DNA from: Candidatus Kapaibacterium sp.
Lineage (GTDB): Bacteria; Bacteroidota; Ignavibacteria; Kapaibacteriales; Kapaibacteriaceae
Length of the DNA: 64,000 nt
Assembly (NCBI GenBank): GCA_044224925.1
Contig: JBGAJM010000010.1
Coordinates: forward strand, 914 to 64,913
Direction of reading: 5' to 3'
In this document: in pieces, positions 40,191 through 49,252 of the stretch
Position numbering within the stretch: position 1 is the first letter of the stretch
Layout: each line of letters opens with the position of its first letter
Translations under genes and position numbers: made by a program
Notes under the pieces: generated by a model
Told to the model about the DNA's origin: nothing
Database searches by the model: none
Seen by the model: only the letters and a program-made list of their open reading frames with translations

Positions 40191-42259
40191 GGACCTTCAA
40201 GGAGATCGCTGCGGACATCGATCGTGCGATGATCAACAACGAAGCGGACGTCTTGCGTTCGCTGGCCCGTGAGGCGCAAGCATTGCATACATGGCAATCA
40301 GAGGCGCTTGCAGAGCTGGCGATGGGAACAGCCGAGCGCCAAATCGGTGCATACACATCGGCGCTTGAGAGTTTCCGTCGTGCGCTTGATCTGTTTGACA
40401 AGAAAGGCGACAAAACAGGATCAGCGCGAGCAATGGGAAGTATCGGCAATGTCCACCACAACATGGGCAACAATGCCTTGGCCATCGAGCAGTACCGTCG
40501 TGCACTCGCACTGCATACTGAGCTCGGTGATCGCATTGGCGTGGCAAGAAGTACGAACAACATGGGCAATGTGTACTACAACACCGGCGACTATCCGTCA
40601 GCACTGGAGCACTACAGAGCTGCATTGGCCACCTATGCAGAGATGGGTGACGTGGTTGCTACGGCTCGCATCACAACGAACATCGGGAACATCTATGGGA
40701 TCACGGGCGACTATCCGTCGGCGCTGGAACACTATCAGCGAGCGCTGCCGTCGCTGGAAGAAATGTCCGACCGTTTTACGATAGCACTCGTCACTGCCAA
40801 CATTGGCGGAGTGTACAAAGCCACCGGTAACAATACCTTGGCACTGGAGCACTTCGATCGTGCACTATCGCTCACGGAAGAGTTGGGCGATCGTGCCAAT
40901 ACAGCTCTTTGCTACGCCAACATGGGGAATGTGTATTCAGAGATCGGTGAGTTCGCAACGGCGCTCGACTACTACTCGCGTGCTCTGGCAAGTGGCAAGG
41001 AACTGGGTGATAGCGCTCTCATCGCCAACATGACAGGCACCTGCTGCGGCGTGTACATCGAGATGGGACGATATGAAGAGGCCTCTGCATGCCTTGATAC
41101 CCTTTCCTCCATGCCATTGGCGAGCCCATTGATCCAATTCGGATACAAGGCCAACTGCAGTGCGCTGGCCCGGCATCGCGGAGATCTTGATGCTGCAACG
41201 GAGCATGCTCTCGAGGCTTTGGAGATCGCCACTTCGGCTGGTTTGCGAGCAGAGGCGGCGCGATGCCACGAACTCCTTCGCGACCTGGCACAGTTGCGGA
41301 ATGACTTCGCCGCCTACATCGAGCACAACAACGAGTTCTCGCGCATCACGCAAGAGATCAACGGCAGGGAGACGGCAACGAAACTGGCCATGCAAGCAAA
41401 GCAGCGCGAGATCGACGAACGCGAGCGTGAGCATCAGAAACACCTTGCCGTCCTCCATTCCACCCTGCCCAAGGAGGTTGCTGAAAGGGTGGCAAGGGGC
41501 GAGGTGGTGAATGATCACTACGACAATGCAACCGTGATCTTCCTTGATATCGTCGGCTTCACGGATCTATCGTCAACAATGTCGTCGCAAGAGGTCATTG
41601 CTCTACTCGACGACGTCTTCACCCAATGCGATGCGATCTGCGAGAAGCATGGCGTCACGAAGATCAAGACGATCGGTGACTCCTACATGGCCGTATCGTT
41701 TGACAGCGTCGTCAACGCTGCACTCTGCGCCTTGGAAATGTCGCGGATTCGTCTTTCCCACGCAGTGTCGCACTCCGTGTCGCACGCAGTGTCGCACGCC
41801 GAAGGCGTCCTCCCCGTGTCGCATGAAGTTACATTCCGTATTGGCGTGCATTGTGGACCTGTGACGGCCGGTGTGATCGGCACGCAGCGTCTTCAATATG
41901 ACGTCTGGGGAGACACGGTGAACGTTGCGTCGCGAATGGAGTCCTCTGGTGAACCAGGGAAGGTGCATGTTTCCGAAGCGTTTGCCATTCAATTGAAGGC
42001 GAATACAGAATACATGATACAGAATCCAATCTCTGAATCTGTGAATCCACAATCCCACGAAGTGTCGCACTCCGTGTCGCACAACGTGTCGCACAACGTG
42101 TCCCACTCCGTGTCCCACTCCGTGTCGCACTCCGTGTCGCACAACGTGTCGCACTCCGTGTCGCACGAAGTGTCTTCGTCACTTGTCACCATCGAACGAG
42201 GATCGATCGACATCAAAGGCAAGGGCCCCATGCGCACCTACTGGCTCGAACAAGCGTGA
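40187..42259 (+). CDS. TPR-repeat + class III adenylyl cyclase protein (paralog P5, subfamily A) with two (SH[SNA]V)n inserts
   Basis: Start MRTFKEIAADIDRAM. Insert 1 is SHAVSHSVSHAVSHAEGVLPVSHEV. Insert 2 is a 10-unit run QSHEVSHSVSHNVSHNVSHSVSHSVSHSVSHNVSHSVSHEVSSS. Confidence 0.8.
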   Translation: MRTFKEIAADIDRAMINNEADVLRSLAREAQALHTWQSEALAELAMGTAERQIGAYTSALESFRRALDLFDKKGDKTGSARAMGSIGNVHHNMGNNALAIEQYRRALALHTELGDRIGVARSTNNMGNVYYNTGDYPSALEHYRAALATYAEMGDVVATARITTNIGNIYGITGDYPSALEHYQRALPSLEEMSDRFTIALVTANIGGVYKATGNNTLALEHFDRALSLTEELGDRANTALCYANMGNVYSEIGEFATALDYYSRALASGKELGDSALIANMTGTCCGVYIEMGRYEEASACLDTLSSMPLASPLIQFGYKANCSALARHRGDLDAATEHALEALEIATSAGLRAEAARCHELLRDLAQLRNDFAAYIEHNNEFSRITQEINGRETATKLAMQAKQREIDEREREHQKHLAVLHSTLPKEVAERVARGEVVNDHYDNATVIFLDIVGFTDLSSTMSSQEVIALLDDVFTQCDAICEKHGVTKIKTIGDSYMAVSFDSVVNAALCALEMSRIRLSHAVSHSVSHAVSHAEGVLPVSHEVTFRIGVHCGPVTAGVIGTQRLQYDVWGDTVNVASRMESSGEPGKVHVSEAFAIQLKANTEYMIQNPISESVNPQSHEVSHSVSHNVSHNVSHSVSHSVSHSVSHNVSHSVSHEVSSSLVTIERGSIDIKGKGPMRTYWLEQA

Positions 42260-44376
42260 GAGGCTTCGACGACATCGAAGCAGACCTCCGTCATGCCTAT
42301 GCCGTGAACGATGCCGAGGCATTGCTTCGATTTGCCGACGAACTCGACAACATCACAACACCACAGGCCGCAGCGCACGCACAGCGTGCGAGAGGGTGGG
42401 CGCTGCTGTTGCGCGGCGAGTTCACTCCCGCCATGCATCACTTCGAACAGGCGCTGACGCTTTGCGAAGAGCTCGACGATCAGGAGGGTGTGGCGCGGGT
42501 GGTGAGCAACATCGGTAGTGTGTATGTCTGCACAGGCGATGTGTCCATGGCGCTCGAGCACTACCGTCGCGCACTGGCATTGCACGAACAACTTGGCAAT
42601 CGCAGTGGTGCTGCCGTGGTGATGGGCAACCTTGGTAAACTCTCGACCGACACCGGTGACTACCCCGCTGCCGTCGAGTACTTCCGTCGCGCATTGTCGA
42701 TCCACGAAGAACTTGGCAACCGCAGCGGCATCGCCGTGGTCACCACCAACCTTGGCAATCTCTATCTCAGCATGGGCGACTTCCCTGCCGCCCTCGAGCA
42801 CTACCACAAGGCCCTTGCCCTGCATGAGGAATTCGGCGATCGTCACGCCATTGCCGTCGTCACGGGAAACATCGGCATCGTTCACAACTATACCGGCAAC
42901 TACCCTGCCGCCTTGGAATTCTTCCACCGTGCCCTTGCCTTGCATGAAGAGCTTGGCGATCGCAGCACGGCGGCCACCGTCATCGGCAACATGGGCGTTG
43001 CGCTTGCGAACACGGATGATCAAGAAGCGGCGTTGGAGCATTACCTGCGCGCGTTGGCGCTGTATGAAGAGCTTGGCGATCGGCGATGCATGGCGAACTT
43101 CATGAGCAACATCGGCAGTGCGTACAACGACATGGGACAGCACCCGGAAGGGCTCGCCTATCACCGTCGCGCACTGACCTTGTTCGAAGAGCTCGGCAAT
43201 CCGAAAGGTGGTGCCAATGCCATGGTCAACATGATCGGCGCACACATTGCCATGGGTGAGGATGCCGAGGCACAAACGCTTCTTCAGAGGATGGACACAA
43301 TGCAGGTGGACGAGCCCGAGATCCGCATCGCACGTGAGCAACATCGGGCTGAGCTACAGGAGCGAAACGGTGATCGCGATAGCGCGATCGCTACACTGCG
43401 CCATGTGCTCGCAGTGGCGCATGAACACGACCTCCCGTCTAATGTTGCCGAAACACATCGGCGGCTGCGCGACGTGGCGTATCGACAGCAAGATCTGTCC
43501 GCCTACGTCGAACACAACGATGCCTTCTCGCGCATCACGCAGGAGATCAACGGAAAGGAAACAGCGATACGACTTGCCATGCAGACCAAGCAGCGCGAGA
43601 TCGATGCCCGCGAACGCGAGTACGCCAAACAGATGGCCGTGCTCCATTCCGCCTTGCCAAAACATGTGGCGGATAGGGTGGCACGGGGCGAGGTGGTGAA
43701 CGATGCATTCGACAATGCGACCGTGATCTTCCTCGACATTGTGGGGTTCACGACGATGTCGTCGTCCATGTCGTCCCAAGACCTCATCCAGCTCCTCGAC
43801 CGCATCTTCACGGCATTCGATGACATCTGTGAGCGGCACGGCGTGACGAAGATCAAGACCATCGGCGATTCATACATGGCTGTGGCGTTCGATAGTGTTG
43901 TGAACGCCGCACTCTGCGCTTTAGAGATGTCGCGGTTTCGCATCTCCCACGAAGTGTCGCACTCAGTGTCGCACTCCGTGTCGCACAACGTTGCATTCCG
44001 CATCGGAATGCACTGCGGGTCGGTAACGGCGGGCGTGATCGGCAAGGAGCGCATGCAGTATGATGTGTGGGGAGACACGGTGAATGTTGCGTCACGCATG
44101 GAGAGTTCAGGAGAGGCCGGGCGGGTGCATGTGTCCGAAGCGTTTGCAATTCAATTGAAGGCGAATACAGAATACACAATACAGAATTCAATCACGGAAT
44201 CCCCAAATCCAGAATCCCACGAAGTGTCACACTCCGTGTCGCACAACGTGTCGCACAACGTGTCGCACTCCGTGTCGCACTCCGTGTCTTCGTCACTTGT
44301 AACTATCGAGCGTGGCTCGATCGATATCAAAGGCAAGGGTGCAATGCAGACCTACTGGCTTGAGTCGAGAGATTAG
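42256..44376 (+). CDS. TPR-repeat + class III adenylyl cyclase protein (paralog P6, subfamily A)
   Basis: Start overlaps the P5 stop (ATGA). Inserts SHEVSHSVSHSVSHNVAFRIG and ESHEVSHSVSHNVSHNVSHSVSHSVSSS. Canonical cyclase motifs present. Confidence 0.8.
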   Translation: MRGFDDIEADLRHAYAVNDAEALLRFADELDNITTPQAAAHAQRARGWALLLRGEFTPAMHHFEQALTLCEELDDQEGVARVVSNIGSVYVCTGDVSMALEHYRRALALHEQLGNRSGAAVVMGNLGKLSTDTGDYPAAVEYFRRALSIHEELGNRSGIAVVTTNLGNLYLSMGDFPAALEHYHKALALHEEFGDRHAIAVVTGNIGIVHNYTGNYPAALEFFHRALALHEELGDRSTAATVIGNMGVALANTDDQEAALEHYLRALALYEELGDRRCMANFMSNIGSAYNDMGQHPEGLAYHRRALTLFEELGNPKGGANAMVNMIGAHIAMGEDAEAQTLLQRMDTMQVDEPEIRIAREQHRAELQERNGDRDSAIATLRHVLAVAHEHDLPSNVAETHRRLRDVAYRQQDLSAYVEHNDAFSRITQEINGKETAIRLAMQTKQREIDAREREYAKQMAVLHSALPKHVADRVARGEVVNDAFDNATVIFLDIVGFTTMSSSMSSQDLIQLLDRIFTAFDDICERHGVTKIKTIGDSYMAVAFDSVVNAALCALEMSRFRISHEVSHSVSHSVSHNVAFRIGMHCGSVTAGVIGKERMQYDVWGDTVNVASRMESSGEAGRVHVSEAFAIQLKANTEYTIQNSITESPNPESHEVSHSVSHNVSHNVSHSVSHSVSSSLVTIERGSIDIKGKGAMQTYWLESRD

Positions 44377-44395
44377 TACGGCCTGCCACGCAGTG

Positions 44396-44500
44396 CCACT
44401 TCTCTTGTACTTCTTTCTTCCTTCTCTTTTCCTTCTCTTTTCCTTCTCTTTTCCTTCTCTTTTCCTTCTCGTGACTCGTCACTCGTCACTTGTCACTTCC
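44396..44500. repeat. CT-rich 12-nt tandem repeat (TTCCTTCTCTTT x5) followed by 9-mer units (GTGACTCGTCACTCGTCACTTGTCAC), downstream of P6
   Basis: cttctcttgtacttctttcttccttctcttttccttctcttttccttctcttttccttctcttttccttctcgtgactcgtcactcgtcacttgtcac. Homologous to the P3/P2 intergenic tract. Confidence 0.85.
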
Positions 44501-45734
44501 ACAACATCCCCACCGGCACGGCATACATGTTGTTCCCAAAGCCAACACATGCAGTACCGTCATAGAGCACCACGCCGGCCACGAATCGATCACCTGCTAA
44601 CGACTTGAGTTTGCGAAGTCCGCGGAAGTCTGCGGCCGTTACCGTTGCCGAAGCCTTGACCTCAATGCCGGCCACCTGATGTTGCCCGCGCTCGAGTACA
44701 AGATCTACTTCTACACCATCCTTGTCGCGAGCATGAGAAAAGCGGATGTGATCCGTACGCCAACTAGCCTGCTTGAAGAGTTCTTGCACGACAAAGGTCT
44801 CGAGCAGCGGCCCAACCTTCGTACGATCATTCCACAGTGTCTCTTCGTTGAGCCCAAGCAGTGCACATGCAACACCTGTGTCAACGATATGCAGCTTCGA
44901 TGCCTTGACGAGACGATTCATCTGATTCACATGCCACGGTGGAAGTCTGTCGACAAGGAAGATCTGCTCCAGCAAGGTCATGTAGGACGCGATCGTTGTG
45001 CGGCTCATCTGAAACGGCGACGCAAGATCACTGATGTTCACTAAGCTCGACGTTTGTCCGGCCGTCATCACGAGCAGTCGGTGCAACACATCAACCGATG
45101 CGATCCGCGCAATGTCTCGCGCATCACGCTGAATGATCGATGTGCTATAGTCACGATACCATGCCGCTCGACGATACTCTTGCGTGCGTCGAAGTGCACG
45201 CGGATACCCGCCGGAAACGATACGCGTGATCAGGTCACGACCAAGTCGCTCAACCGTTCGCGTCGGGAACGACCCCTCGAACAGCGTGTCCAGAAACCGA
45301 GGTGTTGTCCCCGCCAGCTCGGACTGTGAAAATGGATACATGCGCAGGATGCTCATCCTACCGGCCAAGGAGTCTGCCAAGGTGGGAAGGAACAGGATAT
45401 TCGCAGAGCCGGTGAGTAGCACTTGCCCCGGTACGTTTCGCGCGTCAACTCGCGCCTTGAGAGGTGCGAAGATCGTAGGCACGCGTTGTACTTCGTCCAA
45501 AACGGCTCGGTTCGGCAGATCAGCCACGAAACCTGCGGGATCTGCCTTCGCCGACTTCAGGAGGGCAGGGTCGTCAAAGCTGAAGTACGTGTAGCCTTGG
45601 AATGCTGTAAGTTCCTTTGATGTTGTAGACTTACCACATTGCCTCGGACCATGCAGTAGCACCACCAGAGAATCTTCCAGGGCCTCGAGCAAGGACGGCA
45701 TACACGAGCGAACGATGGTCTGATCGGTGTCCAT
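44493..45734 (-). CDS. AAA+ family ATPase (COG1373-like, DUF4143 C-terminal region)
   Basis: Internal start MDTDQTIVRSCMPSLLEALEDSLVVLLHGPRQCGKST (Walker A). The ORF track extends to 45773. Confidence 0.6.
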   Translation of the reverse strand: MDTDQTIVRSCMPSLLEALEDSLVVLLHGPRQCGKSTTSKELTAFQGYTYFSFDDPALLKSAKADPAGFVADLPNRAVLDEVQRVPTIFAPLKARVDARNVPGQVLLTGSANILFLPTLADSLAGRMSILRMYPFSQSELAGTTPRFLDTLFEGSFPTRTVERLGRDLITRIVSGGYPRALRRTQEYRRAAWYRDYSTSIIQRDARDIARIASVDVLHRLLVMTAGQTSSLVNISDLASPFQMSRTTIASYMTLLEQIFLVDRLPPWHVNQMNRLVKASKLHIVDTGVACALLGLNEETLWNDRTKVGPLLETFVVQELFKQASWRTDHIRFSHARDKDGVEVDLVLERGQHQVAGIEVKASATVTAADFRGLRKLKSLAGDRFVAGVVLYDGTACVGFGNNMYAVPVGMLWK

Positions 45735-45754
45735 GATTCTGCAATCTACGAAAT

Positions 45755-45873
45755 AGTAGCGGCTACTTGCCAACTTATAGTGCGGCTACTTGCCAACTTT
45801 TAGTGCGGCTACTTGTCAACTTTTAGTGCGGCTACTTGCCATCTTTTAGTGCGGCTACTTGCCACTCGTCACT
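45755..45873. repeat. 5 tandem copies of a ~24-bp unit (TAGTGCGGCTACTTGCCAACTTTT), ending in 9-mer units
   Basis: tagtagcggctacttgccaacttatagtgcggctacttgccaacttttagtgcggctacttgccaacttttagtgcggctacttgccatcttttagtgcggctacttgccactcgtcactcgtaactc. The first unit contains the perfect hairpin AGTAGC-G-GCTACT. Lies between the Fic stop and the AAA ATPase start. Confidence 0.85.
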
Positions 45874-45879
45874 CGTAAC

Positions 45880-47076
45880 TCAATTCGCGCCTTCATTCAG
45901 GATGGAGAGATACCGGTGGTATGCAAAGACACGATTGCGCTGCTTCCCGGTGATCTCACGCACGATGCCAAGGCTCGTCAGAACATCGATGGCTTTGCTT
46001 GCTGTCGGGAACGTCATAGCGGCCATCGCACAGATCCGATCGATGGTGACGATAGGACGTGCTTGCAATGCCGAATGCACACGGAGGACGCTGCCGAGAT
46101 TACGGCCATGTAAGCGAATGACTTCACTGTCGGTGTTGAAGCATGTGATGAGTCGCTGTGCGGTGTCGACCGCACCTGCAGAGGTTTGCTCCACGCCCTC
46201 CAGAAAGAACCCTAGCCACTGCTCCCAATCGCCCGTTGTCCGCACATGACCAAGGAGACGGTAGTATTCGGCCCTGTGTTTCTTGAGATACAGACTCAGG
46301 TACAGAAGTGGCTGTCGGAGTACGCGCTCGTGTTGCAAGATCATGGCAATGAGTAGCCGACCAGTTCGCCCGTTCCCGTCGAGGAATGGGTGAATGGTCT
46401 CGAATTGCACGTGTGCCAATGCGGCTTTGACCAGTGTTGGCACATCGTTCCGGTGGATGTACTTCTCAAGGTCCGACATGCACTGTTCTACCACATGGGC
46501 TGGTGGTGGCACGAACTCCGCATTGCCGGGTCGCGTGCCACCGATCCAGTTCTGACTGCGGCGGAATTCACCCGGCATGCGCTCAGAGCCACGTCCACCT
46601 GCCATGAGTCGCTCGTGGATCTCCTTGATCAGTCGATTTGAAAGTGGGAACCCTGCCGCCATTCGGTCAAGGCCATGCTGCATCGCGGCCACGTAGTTCG
46701 AGACCTCGGCCACGTCGTCGAATGGCACGCCCGGCGCTTCGTCGAGTTCAAAGAGCAAAAGATCGGACAGCGAAGACTGCGTCCCCTCGATCTGTGACGA
46801 AAGCACTGCCTCCCGTCGCACGTACGAATACAGGAAGATGCTTGCGTCCGGCAGCAAGGCCGACACGCTATCCAGTCTCCCACATGCCAGGAGCGCACGC
46901 TCCATGGTCCTACTCAAGGCAGCATCCATAAGGATGGGTGGAAAAGGCGGCAAGGCACTGGGCACATAGGCCCGTACTGTTTCACCTCCCACCGTCGTGG
47001 TTTCATATGTTCCGTTTTCTTGGCGGCGCATCGATCCAATGTACGAAAGATCTTTCGTTATTAAAGTAAATGCCAC
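45880..47076 (-). CDS. Fic/DOC family protein (adenylyltransferase-type)
   Basis: Fic motif HPFLDGNGRTGR. About 398 aa, possibly starting at internal Met 16. Confidence 0.8.
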   Translation of the reverse strand: MAFTLITKDLSYIGSMRRQENGTYETTTVGGETVRAYVPSALPPFPPILMDAALSRTMERALLACGRLDSVSALLPDASIFLYSYVRREAVLSSQIEGTQSSLSDLLLFELDEAPGVPFDDVAEVSNYVAAMQHGLDRMAAGFPLSNRLIKEIHERLMAGGRGSERMPGEFRRSQNWIGGTRPGNAEFVPPPAHVVEQCMSDLEKYIHRNDVPTLVKAALAHVQFETIHPFLDGNGRTGRLLIAMILQHERVLRQPLLYLSLYLKKHRAEYYRLLGHVRTTGDWEQWLGFFLEGVEQTSAGAVDTAQRLITCFNTDSEVIRLHGRNLGSVLRVHSALQARPIVTIDRICAMAAMTFPTASKAIDVLTSLGIVREITGKQRNRVFAYHRYLSILNEGAN

Positions 47077-47110
47077 TTTTCTTTAATAGAGAATTCCGCT
47101 ATTAAAGTGG
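47043..47110. promoter_or_regulatory. AT-rich operator-like cluster: a perfect 16-bp palindrome plus three TATTAAAG half-sites in alternating orientation, in the divergent Fic / hypothetical-gene control region
   Basis: ACGAAAGATCTTTCGT at 47043..47058 is perfectly palindromic. It is followed by TTATTAAAGT, CTTTAATAG and CTATTAAAGT; the last two form a 9-bp inverted repeat with a 9-bp spacer. This is the AT-richest spot in a GC-rich region. Confidence 0.5.
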
Positions 47111-48579
47111 TCGTATTTTGCCTCCCTATGCCCCGCCACCCTTCAAACCCCTCGAAACCTGCCAAAACCACTTCAAAAACCCCGTCAAAGGCCTCGCTGA
47201 CAGACCAATTGCGCGAGGTGCCGGTGGATGTGCTGGTCGACCTGATCGAGCGGCATGCCAAGACGGTTCCGGCGCTGAAGCAGGAGATGATGCGGCTGGT
47301 TGGGAACGACAAGACGGTGATCACGGAGATCAAGCGGGCGATCAAGAAGCTCGCGGCGGTGCGACCAAACACGAGGAGTCGACCCAAGGAGATCCAGACG
47401 CAGCTTGTGAGCGTGCTCGAACTGATCAAACATCTGTCCCTCCGACGTCCGCACGAAGCACTGCCCCTCCTCTGCTTGCTCCTCGAAGATGCATCGAATG
47501 TTGCCGGCTCGTTCTCGCAAACAAGTGTTGTGGCAGCGTTCTTCCGTGACACGCTTCCTTCTGCCGGTGCCGATGTGCTCGCGCGTTGCAGTGACCTTGA
47601 TCTCGTCCGCCACGAAGTAGGTCAGGTAATGTTGAAGGATCGATACCGCACAAAGGCTTGGTTCCTGCAAGGCGTTGGTGATGCGCTTCCGGAGGATCTT
47701 GTGGACGAACTGCGTCGCGCCTTCGCTGCACGCATCAAGCATCATACAAGCCCATGGGACGACCTGGAAGATGAAGCCATCCTCTTGCTCAAGGCGCTTG
47801 AATTCTCGGTCGGCGATGTGGTCGGCTATGAGAAGGCAGCAAGGCGGCAAGGCATGCTGCATCGCAGTGATGGGATCGCGCTTGCACAGATGTGCATCGG
47901 TCACGAGGACTATGCCGCGGCCAATGTGTGGTTGGACAAGATCCCGAACGATGTCGACAACCCTGCAGCGCGCGCGATGAACAAGCAACGTGACGCATTG
48001 TATCTCCAGATCGCAACGGCCACGGGAAGCACGGCCCATGCGGCATTGGCGTTCCGTTCGCACATGCTCACGCAACCATCCACGGAGACGATCGCCATGC
48101 TTCGCACGCTTCTCGGTGACGATGGCGCGATGAATGCCGTGCGCGAAGCCGCGCTGCAGCTCGTTGCGAAGGATGACCCTTCACCACGCGTCATGACGTT
48201 TTTCGTGCAGAACGGCTATGATGATGTGATGGAAGAACGCATGTTCGCACCATTGGTTCGTGATGCGATGGCATTTCATCACGAGTGGCAACTCGTCGAG
48301 GCGTTCATCGACAAGATGCGTTTCCACGGTGCCTTGCAGGCATGCCGACATTTCATTACAGATATACTGACCGACTCATACTTCACGATGTATGGCGAGG
48401 CCATCTACGCCATGCAGCTCCAACGAGCACTCGCTCGTGATCGTAAAGACCTGCGAGGTCTCCAAACGGCCGATGCATTCGAGAGCGAACTTCGTCTCGC
48501 GTTCAACAACGAAACCTCTTTCTGGAGAGATCTCGACGTTGCGAGCACACGTCGCTTCCCGGGTTCTCCACTTCTCTGA
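47107..48579 (+). CDS. hypothetical protein (about 483-490 aa)
   Basis: Long ORF of coding composition divergent from the Fic gene. No domain recognised. Start may be Met 8 (47128). Confidence 0.5.
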   Translation: MVVFCLPMPRHPSNPSKPAKTTSKTPSKASLTDQLREVPVDVLVDLIERHAKTVPALKQEMMRLVGNDKTVITEIKRAIKKLAAVRPNTRSRPKEIQTQLVSVLELIKHLSLRRPHEALPLLCLLLEDASNVAGSFSQTSVVAAFFRDTLPSAGADVLARCSDLDLVRHEVGQVMLKDRYRTKAWFLQGVGDALPEDLVDELRRAFAARIKHHTSPWDDLEDEAILLLKALEFSVGDVVGYEKAARRQGMLHRSDGIALAQMCIGHEDYAAANVWLDKIPNDVDNPAARAMNKQRDALYLQIATATGSTAHAALAFRSHMLTQPSTETIAMLRTLLGDDGAMNAVREAALQLVAKDDPSPRVMTFFVQNGYDDVMEERMFAPLVRDAMAFHHEWQLVEAFIDKMRFHGALQACRHFITDILTDSYFTMYGEAIYAMQLQRALARDRKDLRGLQTADAFESELRLAFNNETSFWRDLDVASTRRFPGSPLL

Positions 48580-48648
48580 TCTTCGATTCTGTATTATGTA
48601 TTCTTGATCCTGTATTCTTGATTCTGTATTGATCTTCCCATTCCCCTG

Positions 48649-49197
48649 CTACCCTCCCCACCTCAACCCCAATCGAACCGGTATCGACATTACTTGTACG
48701 ACATCGAACCGCGTCACCATGGAGACCTCGAGCGTGAGAGAGCCACCACCCATGAGATAGAGATCGGTAAGAAGACCTGTCTCCATCGTGAACACACCAT
48801 TGGTTGAGATCGGATAGCCAAACGTAAGGCGAGCACACGGAAGCAAGGTGCGCCGTGGATCTGCGAGTTCAAATTCGAGTCCGAGGTCCACCGCCGTATA
48901 CGGTTCATACTGATACGCCGTCTTCGGTCCGGCGGGTGACGCTGTGATGTCCTTCACAACGTTGATGGAGCGATATCCTCCCAGCACCAGCATTTGACTA
49001 CGTGGTATCCGCCAGCTCATGTCGATGGCCCACGTGATCGTTCGCTCCAATCCTCCGGACGCCGTCACCGGGAATGCCAAGCCGGGCGCAATGCCAACTC
49101 GCCAGTCCTGACGTTGCCGGTGATCATCGAAGAGCCCTGCAGCATGAGCGTAGGAAGCAGGGAGCAAAAAGGTAATGAGAAGGAGGAAAGGAAGCAT
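48649..49197 (-). CDS. putative outer-membrane beta-barrel protein with signal peptide
   Basis: MLPFLLLITFLLPASYAHAAG signal; alternating hydrophobic pattern; C-terminal ...RLGLRWGG typical of small OM beta-barrels. Confidence 0.45.
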   Translation of the reverse strand: MLPFLLLITFLLPASYAHAAGLFDDHRQRQDWRVGIAPGLAFPVTASGGLERTITWAIDMSWRIPRSQMLVLGGYRSINVVKDITASPAGPKTAYQYEPYTAVDLGLEFELADPRRTLLPCARLTFGYPISTNGVFTMETGLLTDLYLMGGGSLTLEVSMVTRFDVVQVMSIPVRLGLRWGG

Positions 49198-49252
49198 TCG
49201 ATGTGTACTTTCGCGGTATCACGTTACTGCACTGTTCCATGAGGAGGGAATA

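Noticed and set aside
44312-44608. 98-aa plus-strand ORF after P6 with an LLLYFF...SFSFP low-complexity sequence
   Set aside because: It is the translation of the CT-rich repeat and 9-mer array. The homologous sequence upstream of P2 is non-coding leader.
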